Shown one piece after another: positions 10,169-21,755 of a stretch of DNA of 64,000 nt. The stretch is from an uncultured cyanobacterium (GTDB lineage: Bacteria > Cyanobacteriota > Cyanobacteriia > Phormidesmidales > Phormidesmidaceae): NCBI GenBank assembly GCA_963793265.1, contig CAWBZI010000001.1, forward strand, positions 1,440,001 to 1,504,000, in the 5' to 3' direction. The stretch's first letter is position 1. Each line of letters begins with the position of its first letter. The position numbers were made by a program, and so were the translations under genes. The notes below the pieces were generated by a model. That model was not told the DNA's origin, searched no databases, and was given only the letters and a program-made list of their open reading frames with translations.

Positions 10169-10468
10169 GTAACGTCTGCCGGTTTACGTCTACAGCCAGC
10201 GGAGATCTTGAAGCAATTATTAGACTATGTAGCAGAGCAGGCAACTGTTGAGACGGCTGAAGCTGTGCTGATCAAAGTCAATAAAAAGTGTCAACGCTTG
10301 GCTATCTTTCCGAACAGCGGACAGCGGCGCGACGAACTATCCTATGGGGTTAGAAGCGTCCCTGTAGATAACTATTTAATCTTTTATCGTCCTACTTCGT
10401 CTGGTGCTGATATTTTACGCATTGTCAGCGGCTACCGTGACTTAAACAAATTATTTGACGACACGTAG
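10165..10468 (+). pseudogene. RelE/ParE family toxin, frameshifted
   Basis: ATG 10165 reads MSNVCRFTSTASGDLEAII and then stops; the remainder (DYVAEQ...FPNSGQRRDEL...LRIVSGYRDL) is in the +1 frame. Confidence 0.8.
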
Positions 10469-10564
10469 CGGCTGCACAAAAATACCGTCATGCTTTAAGC
10501 ATCCTAAGATACGAGCGCATAACGGTATTTCTGATTCTCAAATTTTGAAGTGGGCGCAGATCGC

Positions 10565-10981
10565 CTAAATGCTACCGCCAGCAGCCTGCAATCTAGCGCG
10601 AGCCTTCTTCAGCGCATTACCCGCTTTCAGCACCGCTACGCGATCATCCCCCGACACACTATTAGAAGCAGATTGCGCTTCTTCATAAGCCTTTTCAGCT
10701 TCGGCCTGGTCGATACTGCTACCTAGCTCAGCGCCATTCACCAGAATAGTGACTTCATCTGCTTCTACTTCAGCAAAGCCGCCCATCAGTGCGATCGCTG
10801 TCCAATCCTTACTGCCGCCCGTCGCCCGAACGCGCAAAACACCAGTATCCAGCGCCGTCAACAGCGGTGCGTGGCCACCCAAAATACCAAGCTGACCAGT
10901 GGTGCTAGGCAAAATGACTTCTTCAGCTTCGTCATCCCAGACTGTTTTATCAGGCGCAACCACGCGCACGACTAAAGACAT
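10565..10981 (-). CDS. atpC: ATP synthase F1 epsilon subunit
   Basis: [16 protein letters not shown]...[21 protein letters not shown]; downstream of the beta subunit. Confidence 0.96.
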   Translation of the reverse strand: MSLVVRVVAPDKTVWDDEAEEVILPSTTGQLGILGGHAPLLTALDTGVLRVRATGGSKDWTAIALMGGFAEVEADEVTILVNGAELGSSIDQAEAEKAYEEAQSASNSVSGDDRVAVLKAGNALKKARARLQAAGGSI

Positions 10982-11056
10982 AGTTCTCTTTTGTTTTAAG
11001 TTGTTTAAAGGCCACAAGTCAGGGCCAAAACCCCTTTCCTCACAGCCTGAAGTAGA

Positions 11057-11152
11057 TCCCCTCCTCGGAGGGGCAAAGGGTGGGTTCCCGGCGTATTTGA
11101 GAACACATCGAAACCCACCCCACCCTTATCGGGCACCCCTCCGAGGAGGGGA
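11057..11152. repeat. Nested inverted-repeat (REP/MITE-like) element between atpD and atpC
   Basis: Perfect 17-bp inverted arms TCCCCTCCTCGGAGGGG / CCCCTCCGAGGAGGGGA, plus inner GGGTGGGTT / AACCCACCC. Confidence 0.8.
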
Positions 11153-11178
11153 CTTTTCTCTGGCGTTATGCCTAAGAT

Positions 11179-12684
<1,506 letters not shown>

Positions 12685-12784
12685 TCAAATATGACGTTTT
12701 AAAAGTGCCATGTTTAAGATTATCACTAGATGTATCGCCTTTGGATATTTGATCTGCTAGGCTTGCGAGCTGCCGGGTCGATGA

Positions 12785-12800
12785 GTTCGGGAACCCGTAC
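12785..12800 (+). promoter_or_regulatory. K-box upstream of groES
   Basis: GTTCGG-GAAC-CCGTAC matches the cyanobacterial K-box consensus GTTCGG-NNAN-CCNNAC. Confidence 0.8.
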
Positions 12801-12839
12801 AGGGCTATGTATTGCTAAGAGCTACCCATTTTCGATAAG

Positions 12840-12866
12840 TTAGCACTCAACAGCAGAGAGTGCTAA
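12840..12866 (+). promoter_or_regulatory. CIRCE element (HrcA operator)
   Basis: Perfect TTAGCACTC-N9-GAGTGCTAA. Confidence 0.97.
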
Positions 12867-13041
12867 CTTTTTGTTCGTATAACGTGTAAGCCCTGCAAGG
12901 TGAGACGCACTGCCCATGATGACGGCAGCTACAGCGTTTTCATTTCAAAGTTGTCGGGCTTTTGCTATGCGGCTCTATACAAGAGTGCTCTGCATGTTCA
13001 ACTTCAGTATTTTTGATTCATCTCGGAGAACGTAATCGATT

Positions 13042-13353
13042 ATGGCAGCTATCTCTCTAGGTAATTCGACTCTTAAGCCCCTGGGCGATCGCGTCTTTAT
13101 CAAAGTCAGTGCATCCGAAGCCCAAACTGCGGGCGGCATTATTTTGCCTGACGCTGCAAAGGAAAAGCCTCAGGTTGGCGAAATTACAGCCGTAGGCCCT
13201 GGCAAAGTTGACGACAACGGCACTCGCCGCTCTATGGATGTGAGCGTCGGCGACAAAGTGCTCTACTCCAAGTACGCAGGCACTGAAATTAAGCTTGGCG
13301 ACGACGAGTACATTCTGCTTTCTGAAAAGGACATTCTGGCGACCGTTGCATAG
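13042..13353 (+). CDS. groES: Co-chaperonin GroES
   Basis: [31 protein letters not shown]. Confidence 0.99.
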   Translation: MAAISLGNSTLKPLGDRVFIKVSASEAQTAGGIILPDAAKEKPQVGEITAVGPGKVDDNGTRRSMDVSVGDKVLYSKYAGTEIKLGDDEYILLSEKDILATVA

Positions 13354-13408
13354 GCCATTTGTTCATTCCTTTAGCCTTTGAAAACCCCTACACCCCCGAT
13401 TTACAAAT

Positions 13409-15034
13409 ATGGCAAAACGCATAATCTACAACGAAAATGCCCGCCGTGCGCTTGAGCGCGGTATGGACATTTTGGCTGAGGCTGTAGCCGTAACGCTCGG
13501 CCCGAAAGGACGCAACGTCGTGCTTGAAAAGAAGTTTGGCTCTCCTCAAATCGTCAATGACGGTGTGACGATTGCCAAAGAAATTGAGCTAGAAGATAAC
13601 GTCGAGAACACAGGCGTCGCGCTGATTCGTCAGGCGGCTTCTAAAACTAACGATGCGGCTGGTGACGGTACCACGACAGCAACGGTGCTGGCTCACGCGA
13701 TTGTGAAAGAAGGTCTGCGTAACGTGGCAGCAGGTGCCAATGCGATCGCACTCAAGCGTGGCATAGATAAAGCAACGGGCTATCTGGTCGGTCAGATTGC
13801 TGATATGGCTAAGCCAGTTGGTGACTCTAGCGCGATCGCGCAAGTCGGCTCTATCTCTGCCGGTAACGATCCTGAAGTGGGCGAGATGATCGCTAGCGCC
13901 ATGGAGAAAGTAGGCCGCGAAGGCGTGATCTCCTTGGAAGAAGGCAAGTCGATGTTCACTGAGCTAGAGATCACGGAGGGGATGCGCTTTGATAAGGGCT
14001 ACATCTCTCCTTACTTCGTGACTGACCCTGAGCGCATGGAAGCGGTCTTTGACGAGCCTCAAATCCTAATTACTGATAAAAAGATTGGCTTGGTTCAGGA
14101 CTTGGTGCCTGTGCTAGAGCAGGTTGCTCGTGCCGGTCGCCCGCTGCTGATTATCTCTGAAGATATTGAGAAAGAAGCGCTAGCGACTTTGGTAGTGAAT
14201 CGTTTGCGCGGTGTGCTAAACGTTGCAGCGATTAAAGCGCCTGGTTTTGGCGATCGCCGTAAAGCGATGCTCGAAGATATCGCTGTGCTCACAGGCGGTA
14301 CTGTTATCACTGAAGACGCTGGTCTTAAGCTAGATACGGTTGAGCTTGAACAGCTCGGTTCTGCGCGTCGTGTCACCATCACCAAAGACAGCACAACTGT
14401 AGTGGCTGAAGGTAACGAAGCGGCTGTGAAATCTCGCTGCGATCAAATTCGCCGTCAGATTGAAGAGTCTGATTCTAGCTACGACAAAGAGAAGCTACAG
14501 GAGCGCTTGGCTAAGCTCTCTGGTGGTGTTGCAGTGATTAAAGTCGGTGCTGCAACTGAAACTGAGATGAAGGACCGCAAGCTTCGTTTGGAAGATGCTA
14601 TCAACGCGACTAAGGCCGCTGTTGAAGAAGGTATTGTTCCTGGCGGTGGCGCGACTTTGGCTCACCTTTCGCCGGGTTTGTCTGACTGGGCAAATTCTAA
14701 CCTTGAAGGTGAAGAGCTTGTGGGCGCAATGATTGTGACCCGCGCGCTGACTGCGCCTTTGAAGCGGATTGCTGAGAACGCCGGTCAGAATGGCGCTGTA
14801 GTTGCCGAGCGAGTGAAGGAAAAGGATTCCAGCATTGGCTATAACGCGGCGACGAATGAGTACGTGAATATGCTTGAAGCGGGGATTGTTGACCCGGCGA
14901 AAGTGACGCGCTCTGCTTTGCAAAATGCGGCTTCGATTGCGGCGATGGTGCTCACAACTGAGTGCATCGTGGTTGATAAGGCTGAAGATGACAAGGCTGC
15001 TGCGGGCGGCGGTATGGGCGACTTTGATTATTAA
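13409..15034 (+). CDS. groEL: Chaperonin GroEL (GroEL1 type)
   Basis: [22 protein letters not shown]-terminal GGGMGDFDY. Confidence 0.99.
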   Translation: MAKRIIYNENARRALERGMDILAEAVAVTLGPKGRNVVLEKKFGSPQIVNDGVTIAKEIELEDNVENTGVALIRQAASKTNDAAGDGTTTATVLAHAIVKEGLRNVAAGANAIALKRGIDKATGYLVGQIADMAKPVGDSSAIAQVGSISAGNDPEVGEMIASAMEKVGREGVISLEEGKSMFTELEITEGMRFDKGYISPYFVTDPERMEAVFDEPQILITDKKIGLVQDLVPVLEQVARAGRPLLIISEDIEKEALATLVVNRLRGVLNVAAIKAPGFGDRRKAMLEDIAVLTGGTVITEDAGLKLDTVELEQLGSARRVTITKDSTTVVAEGNEAAVKSRCDQIRRQIEESDSSYDKEKLQERLAKLSGGVAVIKVGAATETEMKDRKLRLEDAINATKAAVEEGIVPGGGATLAHLSPGLSDWANSNLEGEELVGAMIVTRALTAPLKRIAENAGQNGAVVAERVKEKDSSIGYNAATNEYVNMLEAGIVDPAKVTRSALQNAASIAAMVLTTECIVVDKAEDDKAAAGGGMGDFDY

Positions 15035-15079
15035 GTCCCTTTCGTAGGTTTCCTTTGGATTAGACGGCCAAAGGCAAGA

Positions 15080-15104
15080 GGGCGCACAGCCGTGACGCCC
15101 CTAC
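15080..15104 (-). repeat. GTAG-type REP-like hairpin
   Basis: Minus strand reads GTAG-GGGCG-t-CAC-ggct-GTG-CGCCC. Confidence 0.55.
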
Positions 15105-15121
15105 GAGATATCGAAATATTG

Positions 15122-15153
15122 GGCGGTCTGTCTTCGGGCAGGTCGCCTTTTTT
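15122..15153 (+). terminator. groESL intrinsic terminator
   Basis: GGCGGTCTGTC-TTCG-GGCAGGTCGCC then TTTTTT. Confidence 0.8.
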
Positions 15154-15201
15154 GTGTGGACTGTTAGGTTGGAATGTGACGCCCCTTTACTATTTTCTTT
15201 T

Positions 15202-15780
15202 ATGTCTCCTGATGAAATTACGAAGGCTTTGAGTGATCGCTTCACGCCCCAAGCCTGCCAACACCCTTCAGACGACGCTTGGCAAGTTGATTTGGATGGC
15301 GATCGCCTCCTTGCCATTCGCCCTGGTAGCTGGCTCAAGCTCATGGTGCCGCTGATGCCCATTGCCGAAGCGCAGCCCTTTGTTTCCCAGATGATGGAAG
15401 CGAACTTTGACGATACTCAGGAGGCCCGCTACGCCTTTTATCAAAATGTCGTTTGGGGCATTTTTCAATACGACATGGAGGCCTTAGCTCTGCCTCAATT
15501 CAATAGCGCCGTCGATCGCCTGCTTGCCCTAAAAGCCAGCGGCGTAAATGCTTTTTTCAACCGCATGGTAGAAGCTCAGGTCACCCAAATTATCATCGCT
15601 TCCAAAAAGCAGGGCATGACCTTAGAAGCCACCATGAAAACCCTAGATCGCTTCTATTCAGAAGGCATGATGGGCGACATGAGTAGCTCAGAGGAGAGCA
15701 AAGGCTATCAGCAGCAGGCTTTGGACTCTTGGCGTCGTCAGCTAGAGCGGCTGTGGCCCACAATTGAAGTAGAGGAGTAA
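15202..15780 (+). CDS. Conserved hypothetical protein (YbjN/type III chaperone-like N-terminal domain)
   Basis: MMEANFDDTQEARYA and LDRFYSEGMMGDM patterns; fold assignment tentative. Confidence 0.65.
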   Translation: MSPDEITKALSDRFTPQACQHPSDDAWQVDLDGDRLLAIRPGSWLKLMVPLMPIAEAQPFVSQMMEANFDDTQEARYAFYQNVVWGIFQYDMEALALPQFNSAVDRLLALKASGVNAFFNRMVEAQVTQIIIASKKQGMTLEATMKTLDRFYSEGMMGDMSSSEESKGYQQQALDSWRRQLERLWPTIEVEE

Positions 15781-15786
15781 CTTACA

Positions 15787-16167
15787 GTGGCACTTGTTGA
15801 TCAGCTAAAGGAAGACTACGCCCGCTTTCCAGAAGATCAGTCATACGATCTCTATGCAGAGGACGTGCATTTCAAAGATCCTATGAATGAATTTGATGGG
15901 GTCGGTAAGTACCAAAAGATGATTGGCTTTTTAGGCTGGTTCTTTCGCGATGTGCAGATGGACTTACACCATATTGAGCAGGCTAGTCCAAAGCTAATTA
16001 CACTTGAGTGGACGCTGAATATGACGCCCCCTGTACCCTGGTCACCGCGTCTTTCAATTCCTGGAAATAGCGAGCTTGGCCTTAATGAAGCTGGACTAAT
16101 TGACTCTCATATAGATTATTGGAAGTGCTCAAGGCTTGATGTTTTGAAGCAAGTGTTTAGCCTTTAA
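15787..16167 (+). CDS. DUF2358 / SnoaL-like (NTF2 fold) protein
   Basis: YAEDVHFKDPMNEFDG...WTL...IDSHIDYW. Confidence 0.85.
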   Translation: MALVDQLKEDYARFPEDQSYDLYAEDVHFKDPMNEFDGVGKYQKMIGFLGWFFRDVQMDLHHIEQASPKLITLEWTLNMTPPVPWSPRLSIPGNSELGLNEAGLIDSHIDYWKCSRLDVLKQVFSL

Positions 16168-16253
16168 GTATGTAGCTTCTATATAGGCCGCGTACTGAAC
16201 CGCTATAGTTATGGTGAGTTGATGCACTGAACATTCTCTCTTTAAAGATATCT

Positions 16254-16523
16254 ATGCAACTTACTTTACCGCCAGAATTAGAAGCCTTTGTTCAACGTCA
16301 GATCAGGGATGGTAAGTATCGTGACCCTATGGATTTGGTGCTCGCTGCTGTAAAACTACTTCAGGCTCAAGACGATCCTGTTGAGAAACCTTTGCATGAG
16401 CTTCAGGCGGAAGCGAAGGTCGGTTGGGATGCCTACCAAAGAGGAGAATTCGTAGATGGGCCTACAGCTTTAGCCCAAATTAAGGCTGACTTGCATAAGC
16501 ACCATCAGTCATCTAACTCATGA
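16254..16523 (+). CDS. ParD-type antitoxin
   Basis: MQLTLPPELEAFVQRQIRDGKY; ATGA overlap with toxin. Confidence 0.85.
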   Translation: MQLTLPPELEAFVQRQIRDGKYRDPMDLVLAAVKLLQAQDDPVEKPLHELQAEAKVGWDAYQRGEFVDGPTALAQIKADLHKHHQSSNS

Positions 16524-16819
16524 GTTTGCAGCTTCGCATTACCGAACCTGCTATTAGAGATATCAAAGATATCGCGGACTATCTCGCAGATCAATCAGGA
16601 TTAAGCCGTTCTGATCAATTTTTGTCCGCGCTAGACAGTAAACTCTCTAAAATTGCTCAGTTTCCGAACATTGGCCGCTTGAGAGATGACATTCTACCCG
16701 ATGCGCGTAGTTTGGCAGTAGAAAACTATCTAATCCTCTATAGACCTGTCGGTCAAAACATCGCGGTATTACGGGTAGTGAGTGGCTATCGCGATTTGTT
16801 ATCGCTATCTGATGATTAA
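16520..16819 (+). CDS. RelE/ParE family toxin
   Basis: ITEPAIRDIKDIADY...FPNIGRLRDDI...YLILYR...LRVVSGYRDL. Confidence 0.9.
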   Translation: MSLQLRITEPAIRDIKDIADYLADQSGLSRSDQFLSALDSKLSKIAQFPNIGRLRDDILPDARSLAVENYLILYRPVGQNIAVLRVVSGYRDLLSLSDD

Positions 16820-18480
16820 GCCTTAGTACTATGGAGTGCTTCTGACTTTTGAAGATGAATGCTTTTGATCGTTGTGTGACAATGCCATTGATCTTCAGAG
16901 TTTGGATAGTCGCTGCGGTAGTGTCCGCCCCTGCTCTCAGTGCGGAAGGCGGCGCTTTTGAGAATGAGAGTAGCGATCACTAACAAATTCCGCACTTCCC
17001 CCCACAGCCGCACATGATCAGCCGTTACTGACTCAGGTAGCTTAATTCTTGCATTGGGCGATCGCATCAATACCTGACTAATCGAAAGCCGATCAAATTC
17101 AGCCTGCCAGTTTGCAACTTGAGAAATAGCATCATCCATCAACCCCTGCTCCCGGCTGATGCCTGCACTTTGCCACACTAGCTGCGGGAGTTGCGATCGC
17201 CACTGAATCAAAGCCTTTAACCATTCCCCTTCTACCACCACCGCCTGAAGCTTCTCACCAGCCAATCTTTCCACTTCAGGCCCAAGCTGAATATCCTTAA
17301 GCTGTGCGCCATACACTAAGCATTCAAGCAGCGAATTGCTAGCCAAACGATTCGCGCCATGGACGCCCGTACTGGCGTTCTCGCCAACCGCATACAGGTG
17401 TTTAATGGTGGTTTCGCTGTCGAGCCCGCAGGCAATGCCGCCCATCCAATAGTGAGCCGCAGGTGAAACAGGAATAGGCTCGTTAAATACGTCTATACCC
17501 CAGTGCTTGCAGACGTTAATGATGTTGGGAAAGCGATAGCGAATGCGCTCAGGATCGATAGGATTGAGATCTAGCCAAACATGATCCTCGGGAATTTCAT
17601 CTTTTTGCAAGTGATTAAAAATAGAGCGGCTGACGATATCACGGGGCGCAAGTTCGCCTTTGGGGTGGTCGTTAAAGGTGAAGCGATCGCCCCTGCTATC
17701 TAACAAATGCGCGCCTTCTCCCCGCACTGCCTCACTGATCAAAAAGCGAGGCGCACCCGGCTTTGTCAGCGCCGTCGGATGAAATTGAAAAAACTCTAAA
17801 TCGCGAACTTTTGCACCGGCCCGCCATGCCATCGCCACGCCATCGCCCGTGCTTGCCGCTGGATTGGTCGTCTGCGAAAAAACCTGCCCGCCACCCCCCG
17901 TTGCTAATACAACAGCTCTAGCTGGTAACCACCAAACCTCGTCTCCTTGAGCTAGGCAGACACCTCGACATCCGGCATCTGTAGTCCAAAGGTCAAGTAC
18001 AAACGTTTGACTAAAAACCTCAATATTCTCTCGCTTAAGCACCTGCAAAGCCAGCGTAGAAACAATCGCGTGGCCTGTCGTATCGGCAGCATGAAGGACT
18101 CTTTTACGCGAGTGGGCGGCCTCTAGGGTCATCGCAAGCTGACCGCCCGAACGATCGAACGCTACACCCAATTTCACGAGCGATTCGATGCAACCTTGAG
18201 CTTCTTCTACCAGTAGCTTTACTGCCTCAGGTTCGCATAATCCCGCGCCTGCACTGAGCGTATCTTGAATGTGCAAAACAGGTGAGTCTTCAGGGGAGAT
18301 AGCTGCGGCAATGCCACCTTGAGCCCAATCGCTTGCAGAGATGGTGAGATTGTCTTTGGTGATGAGCGCTACTCTGAGGTGTTTTGGTAGGCACAATGCC
18401 GAATAAAGGCCCGCTGCGCCGCCGCCGATGACTAAAACATCGAAGGCTTTACGATCAAGCTGAGAGGTGGAGGTAGCCAA
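16816..18480 (-). CDS. nadB: L-aspartate oxidase
   Basis: GGGAAG FAD site, WAQGGIAA, EAAHSRKRVLHAAD, QFHPT, GVHGANRLASNSLLE. Confidence 0.96.
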   Translation of the reverse strand: MATSTSQLDRKAFDVLVIGGGAAGLYSALCLPKHLRVALITKDNLTISASDWAQGGIAAAISPEDSPVLHIQDTLSAGAGLCEPEAVKLLVEEAQGCIESLVKLGVAFDRSGGQLAMTLEAAHSRKRVLHAADTTGHAIVSTLALQVLKRENIEVFSQTFVLDLWTTDAGCRGVCLAQGDEVWWLPARAVVLATGGGGQVFSQTTNPAASTGDGVAMAWRAGAKVRDLEFFQFHPTALTKPGAPRFLISEAVRGEGAHLLDSRGDRFTFNDHPKGELAPRDIVSRSIFNHLQKDEIPEDHVWLDLNPIDPERIRYRFPNIINVCKHWGIDVFNEPIPVSPAAHYWMGGIACGLDSETTIKHLYAVGENASTGVHGANRLASNSLLECLVYGAQLKDIQLGPEVERLAGEKLQAVVVEGEWLKALIQWRSQLPQLVWQSAGISREQGLMDDAISQVANWQAEFDRLSISQVLMRSPNARIKLPESVTADHVRLWGEVRNLLVIATLILKSAAFRTESRGGHYRSDYPNSEDQWHCHTTIKSIHLQKSEALHSTKA

Positions 18481-18579
18481 TAATAATCACTCCTGAAAGT
18501 GAGCTAAAGCAGCAATGAGAGTTAAAGCCTCTCGTTCGTAGGCTTGATTTACTCTATCAATCAAAACGAACCTAAAAGC

Positions 18580-18611
18580 AATGCCTTCAGCTAACGTTAG
18601 CTGAAGGCATT
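18580..18611. terminator. Perfect 32-bp palindrome between psbU and nadB (terminator or stabilising hairpin)
   Basis: AATGCCTTCAGCTAAC|GTTAGCTGAAGGCATT. Confidence 0.65.
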
Positions 18612-18672
18612 TTTTGTAGTCTTTACCTTTCTAAATGCGCGTTCTTGGCAGGTTGCTGCCTACAGTCATTGA

Positions 18673-19143
18673 CTACTTGTAAACGCCGTTATTAAATCGG
18701 TCAGCACCTTCTACCAAAGCCGGGTCGGGTGGAGAGATAGTGAAGATATCAATGTTTTGCTCAAGACGATCTTTCTCTACAGCGCTGAGGCCAGGAATGT
18801 TCAAAACATCCTCAACTGAGTCGTAAGGTGCGTTAGTGACGACCTTGCCAGCAATCGTAGGGTAAAGACCGCGAAACTTTCTGAAAGACGCAATGTTAGT
18901 GTTATTAACGTCAATTTTGTTGCCGTAGGCGGTCGCTAGCTTGTCATCTACAGAGTTACGTAACTCTCGGCCACCTGCGTTTGCCAAAAGGGATGTATTG
19001 CCTGATGTCTGTAGCGCTAGCCCAAAACCTGCTGCCGATGCTGGCTGCGCATTGCCCAGCAGCAACGAGCTGATTAGCATTCCGAAAGCGATCGCGGTGC
19101 CAACAAAGTTGCTTAGCGCCTGCTTAATCTGTGCTTGGTTCAT
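18673..19143 (-). CDS. psbU: Photosystem II extrinsic 12-kDa protein PsbU
   Basis: Signal peptide; [29 protein letters not shown]. Confidence 0.95.
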   Translation of the reverse strand: MNQAQIKQALSNFVGTAIAFGMLISSLLLGNAQPASAAGFGLALQTSGNTSLLANAGGRELRNSVDDKLATAYGNKIDVNNTNIASFRKFRGLYPTIAGKVVTNAPYDSVEDVLNIPGLSAVEKDRLEQNIDIFTISPPDPALVEGADRFNNGVYK

Positions 19144-19211
19144 TTGCTCAAACCCTCTTTTAAGATCTACTCTCTACATACTTTGAGAATATCATTTTCT
19201 TTAGGTTTTTC

Positions 19212-20231
19212 TCAGGGCTTTACAGGTACGGCATTCCGCTCCTGTCGGCTGTAGGCATTTAAAAATCTATCTAAGTCTGAAAAAGCGCAGCCGTGAGTGA
19301 TTAAAGGGCGTTCATAACCTTTGAGTTCGACGGCGTAGCGTTTGAAGGTTTGCTGACTAACGCCAAGCTGTTCTAGGGCCTGGTAGGTGGTTTCTCCGAC
19401 AGAGACATCAAGACCGAGCTGCTTGGTGGAGCTTTCAAAGCGAAAAGCGGCGTTTACGGTGTCGCCCAGCGGGGTGTAGTCGGGGCGATCGCTACTCCCC
19501 GCATTCCCCACCATGGCATAGCCGGTATTCAGCCCAGCCCCAATTCGCAAAGGAAACGGTAGCGGAAATTCTTCGTGTAGCTTGCTGGTCATTCGATTCA
19601 GCTCGCTCATTGCCTTAGAGATTTGCAGCATAGATTCAGGCGTCACCTCTTGCGTGCCATGAATCCAAACGGCCATCACCGCATCGCCAATATACTTATC
19701 TACCCAGCTACCGTAGTCATTAATAATTTCTCCGGCATAGCGAAACCAAGTGCCGATCGCTTCAGAGAGTATCTTTTCGTCGAGCTGGCGCGTCATCACC
19801 GTGTAGTCGCGAATATCCACGACCAGCACCGAAATCAACCGGCGAACGTGAAGTGCCGCGGTCGCTGTGAAGTTATGAGGCTCGGCATAGTCGCTAGCGG
19901 TGGCAGTTTGCAGTACCGGGCAGTAAAAGTTGAGTTCGGTTTGGCCGAAGGTAATCGCATCGCCGTTGTGTAGGGTGACTGGCACGCTGACCCGGCGACC
20001 GTTAATAAAGGAGCCGTTGCGAGAGCCCAAGTCAATCAGGTAGTATTCACCAGTATCCATGCACTGAAGCATGGCGTGGTTGCGCGAAATCCAGCGATCG
20101 CCCAGCACAAAATTATTGTCATCACTGCGGCCCACCGTCCAACAGTTGTTTCCAGTGAGGGGTAAATATTGCTGCCCTTTTTTGAGTACCAAACAGGGGC
20201 CGAGTTTTGAAGTGCTCTCAGGTGTTGCCAC
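19212..20231 (-). CDS. FHA-domain class III adenylate/guanylate cyclase
   Basis: FHA (VGRSDDN, ISRNHA, LGSRNGS) plus cyclase (VVDIRDYT, DKYIGDAVM, GDTVNAAFR). Confidence 0.92.
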   Translation of the reverse strand: MATPESTSKLGPCLVLKKGQQYLPLTGNNCWTVGRSDDNNFVLGDRWISRNHAMLQCMDTGEYYLIDLGSRNGSFINGRRVSVPVTLHNGDAITFGQTELNFYCPVLQTATASDYAEPHNFTATAALHVRRLISVLVVDIRDYTVMTRQLDEKILSEAIGTWFRYAGEIINDYGSWVDKYIGDAVMAVWIHGTQEVTPESMLQISKAMSELNRMTSKLHEEFPLPFPLRIGAGLNTGYAMVGNAGSSDRPDYTPLGDTVNAAFRFESSTKQLGLDVSVGETTYQALEQLGVSQQTFKRYAVELKGYERPLITHGCAFSDLDRFLNAYSRQERNAVPVKP

Positions 20232-20508
20232 AGGTGTTAATAATTTATTGATAATCTTTCTGTATAGCCAGCGCAGATCGCTCCGCGAAACCCTTCAAAG
20301 CGCTGTAAATCTTGCTGGCAATAGCCTAGCGACATACCCGCATTTGCACCAACGTGATTTTACTGAGTGCGATCAGTCACTATCTAGCTCGCCGCTTTTG
20401 CAGCTTATTAAGCACTACGCCTAGGTTCCTGTACCTTCCGGTCATAACCTTTAGGAAGTACGTGTAGTCTGTGTGTAGATCGTGCGATCGCTTCTAGTCC
20501 AAACGGGT

Positions 20509-21324
20509 TTAAGACAAAACAGCAGCTACGAAGAACAGGCTATCTACCAAAATAGTGCTCAAAATTGCACCGCTAAAAGCCCACCATTTAGTGCTTGCTG
20601 ACCTCATTGGGATAGTGCCCAGCATAATCAGCAGCACCAACAGCACCACCGCATAGCCGACGCCTTCATAGGTTTCCATACGAAGCAACGCGCCATGCAA
20701 AATTTGACCGGCCTGAGCGGGCTCGCTCATCATGAGCTTTTGCCAGTAGGGAATTAGCCCCACGCAGTAAAAATAAATATCTGTAATGGCTGTACCCAAC
20801 AGCGAGCCTAAATAAAAGTAGTTGCCAATCTTGGCCTTGCCGTAATACATCAGCACCAGCACGATTGGTAGCCCTACGGCTTCTAGAGGCAAATGGATGT
20901 AGGGGTTCGTGCGAAACCAGCCCCAGTAAATAGAGCCTGCAAGCCAGGTTCAGCTAAAGCCAACAATCAGATCGCCCCATAGGTTCGAGGAGGGCTCTTT
21001 CATCCATCGGTAGCCTAGCGTCAGCCATAGGCCGGTGATTGCAAAGCTTAAAACCGGCGCAATTCTGACGAGCGGCGCTTGAATAAAAACAGGGAAGGCA
21101 ACCAGCATCGCTGCAGCGATAAAGGCTCTTAGCCGGTTGCCTTTAGAATTTTCAGCTATCAGCGCTAACGAAGCGTACTTTGCCTTTAGCTTTAGACCGG
21201 CTTCAACGATGGCGGAGGGCTCTTTTTGAATACCTTGGCCAATGATTTCGGCGGGCGCTTCGGAACGGATCTGCAAAGTCTCAACATCCTTAACTTGTGG
21301 CGCGGGCTGTTTAAGAACTTGCAA
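20509..21324 (-). pseudogene. DUF3120 membrane protein interrupted by an in-frame TGA
   Basis: The two listed ORFs are one frame: GDLIVGFS*TWLAGSIYWGWFRTNPYIHLPLEA, TGA at 20950-20952 where Trp is expected. Confidence 0.82.
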
Positions 21325-21663
21325 GGCTTTTCTGAGATGAGTTAACCATTCTTAACATAACACGCTTTACATTTCTGGTGAACCGTAAAGTGCGACTTGC
21401 TGGGGCGCTACGGCATTTAGTTTGAAATAGATAGATACTTTAGCTGAATGTTTATTAATGCTCGCCACTCTGACCTGCAGCACTTCGTCTGTAAGGATGA
21501 CTATGAGTTCGCGAAGTAATATTTTAAGGGTTTAATTTCTGACTAGAGTTTAACGGTTGCCTGTATAAGTACGGTCAATATCTTAATATCTACTTCACGA
21601 TTTTGCCGTTTTGCAGCCTGTTTTCACACGTTTGGATAAGCTCGGCTTAGATACAATCCCTCT

Positions 21664-21712
21664 GGGCTTTTCGTTCGGGCTTTTCGTTCGGGCTTTTCGT
21701 TTGGGCTTTCCG
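21664..21712. repeat. 13-bp tandem repeat upstream of uppP
   Basis: GGGCTTTTCGTTC x2, GGGCTTTTCGTTT, partial GGGCTTTCCG. Confidence 0.9.
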
Positions 21713-21755
21713 AAGAATTATCTAGGAATTATTTTCAGGAACTATCTTTACGACC

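Noticed and set aside
10208..10468. 86-aa ORF as an intact ParE toxin
   Set aside because: The true N-terminus lies in another frame from ATG 10165; treated as frameshifted
20950..20952. TGA as selenocysteine or genetic-code reassignment
   Set aside because: Context indicates Trp rather than Cys, and TGA terminates many intact genes here
21664..21712. Possible mini CRISPR array
   Set aside because: 13-bp units are directly adjacent with no spacers; no cas genes in the window
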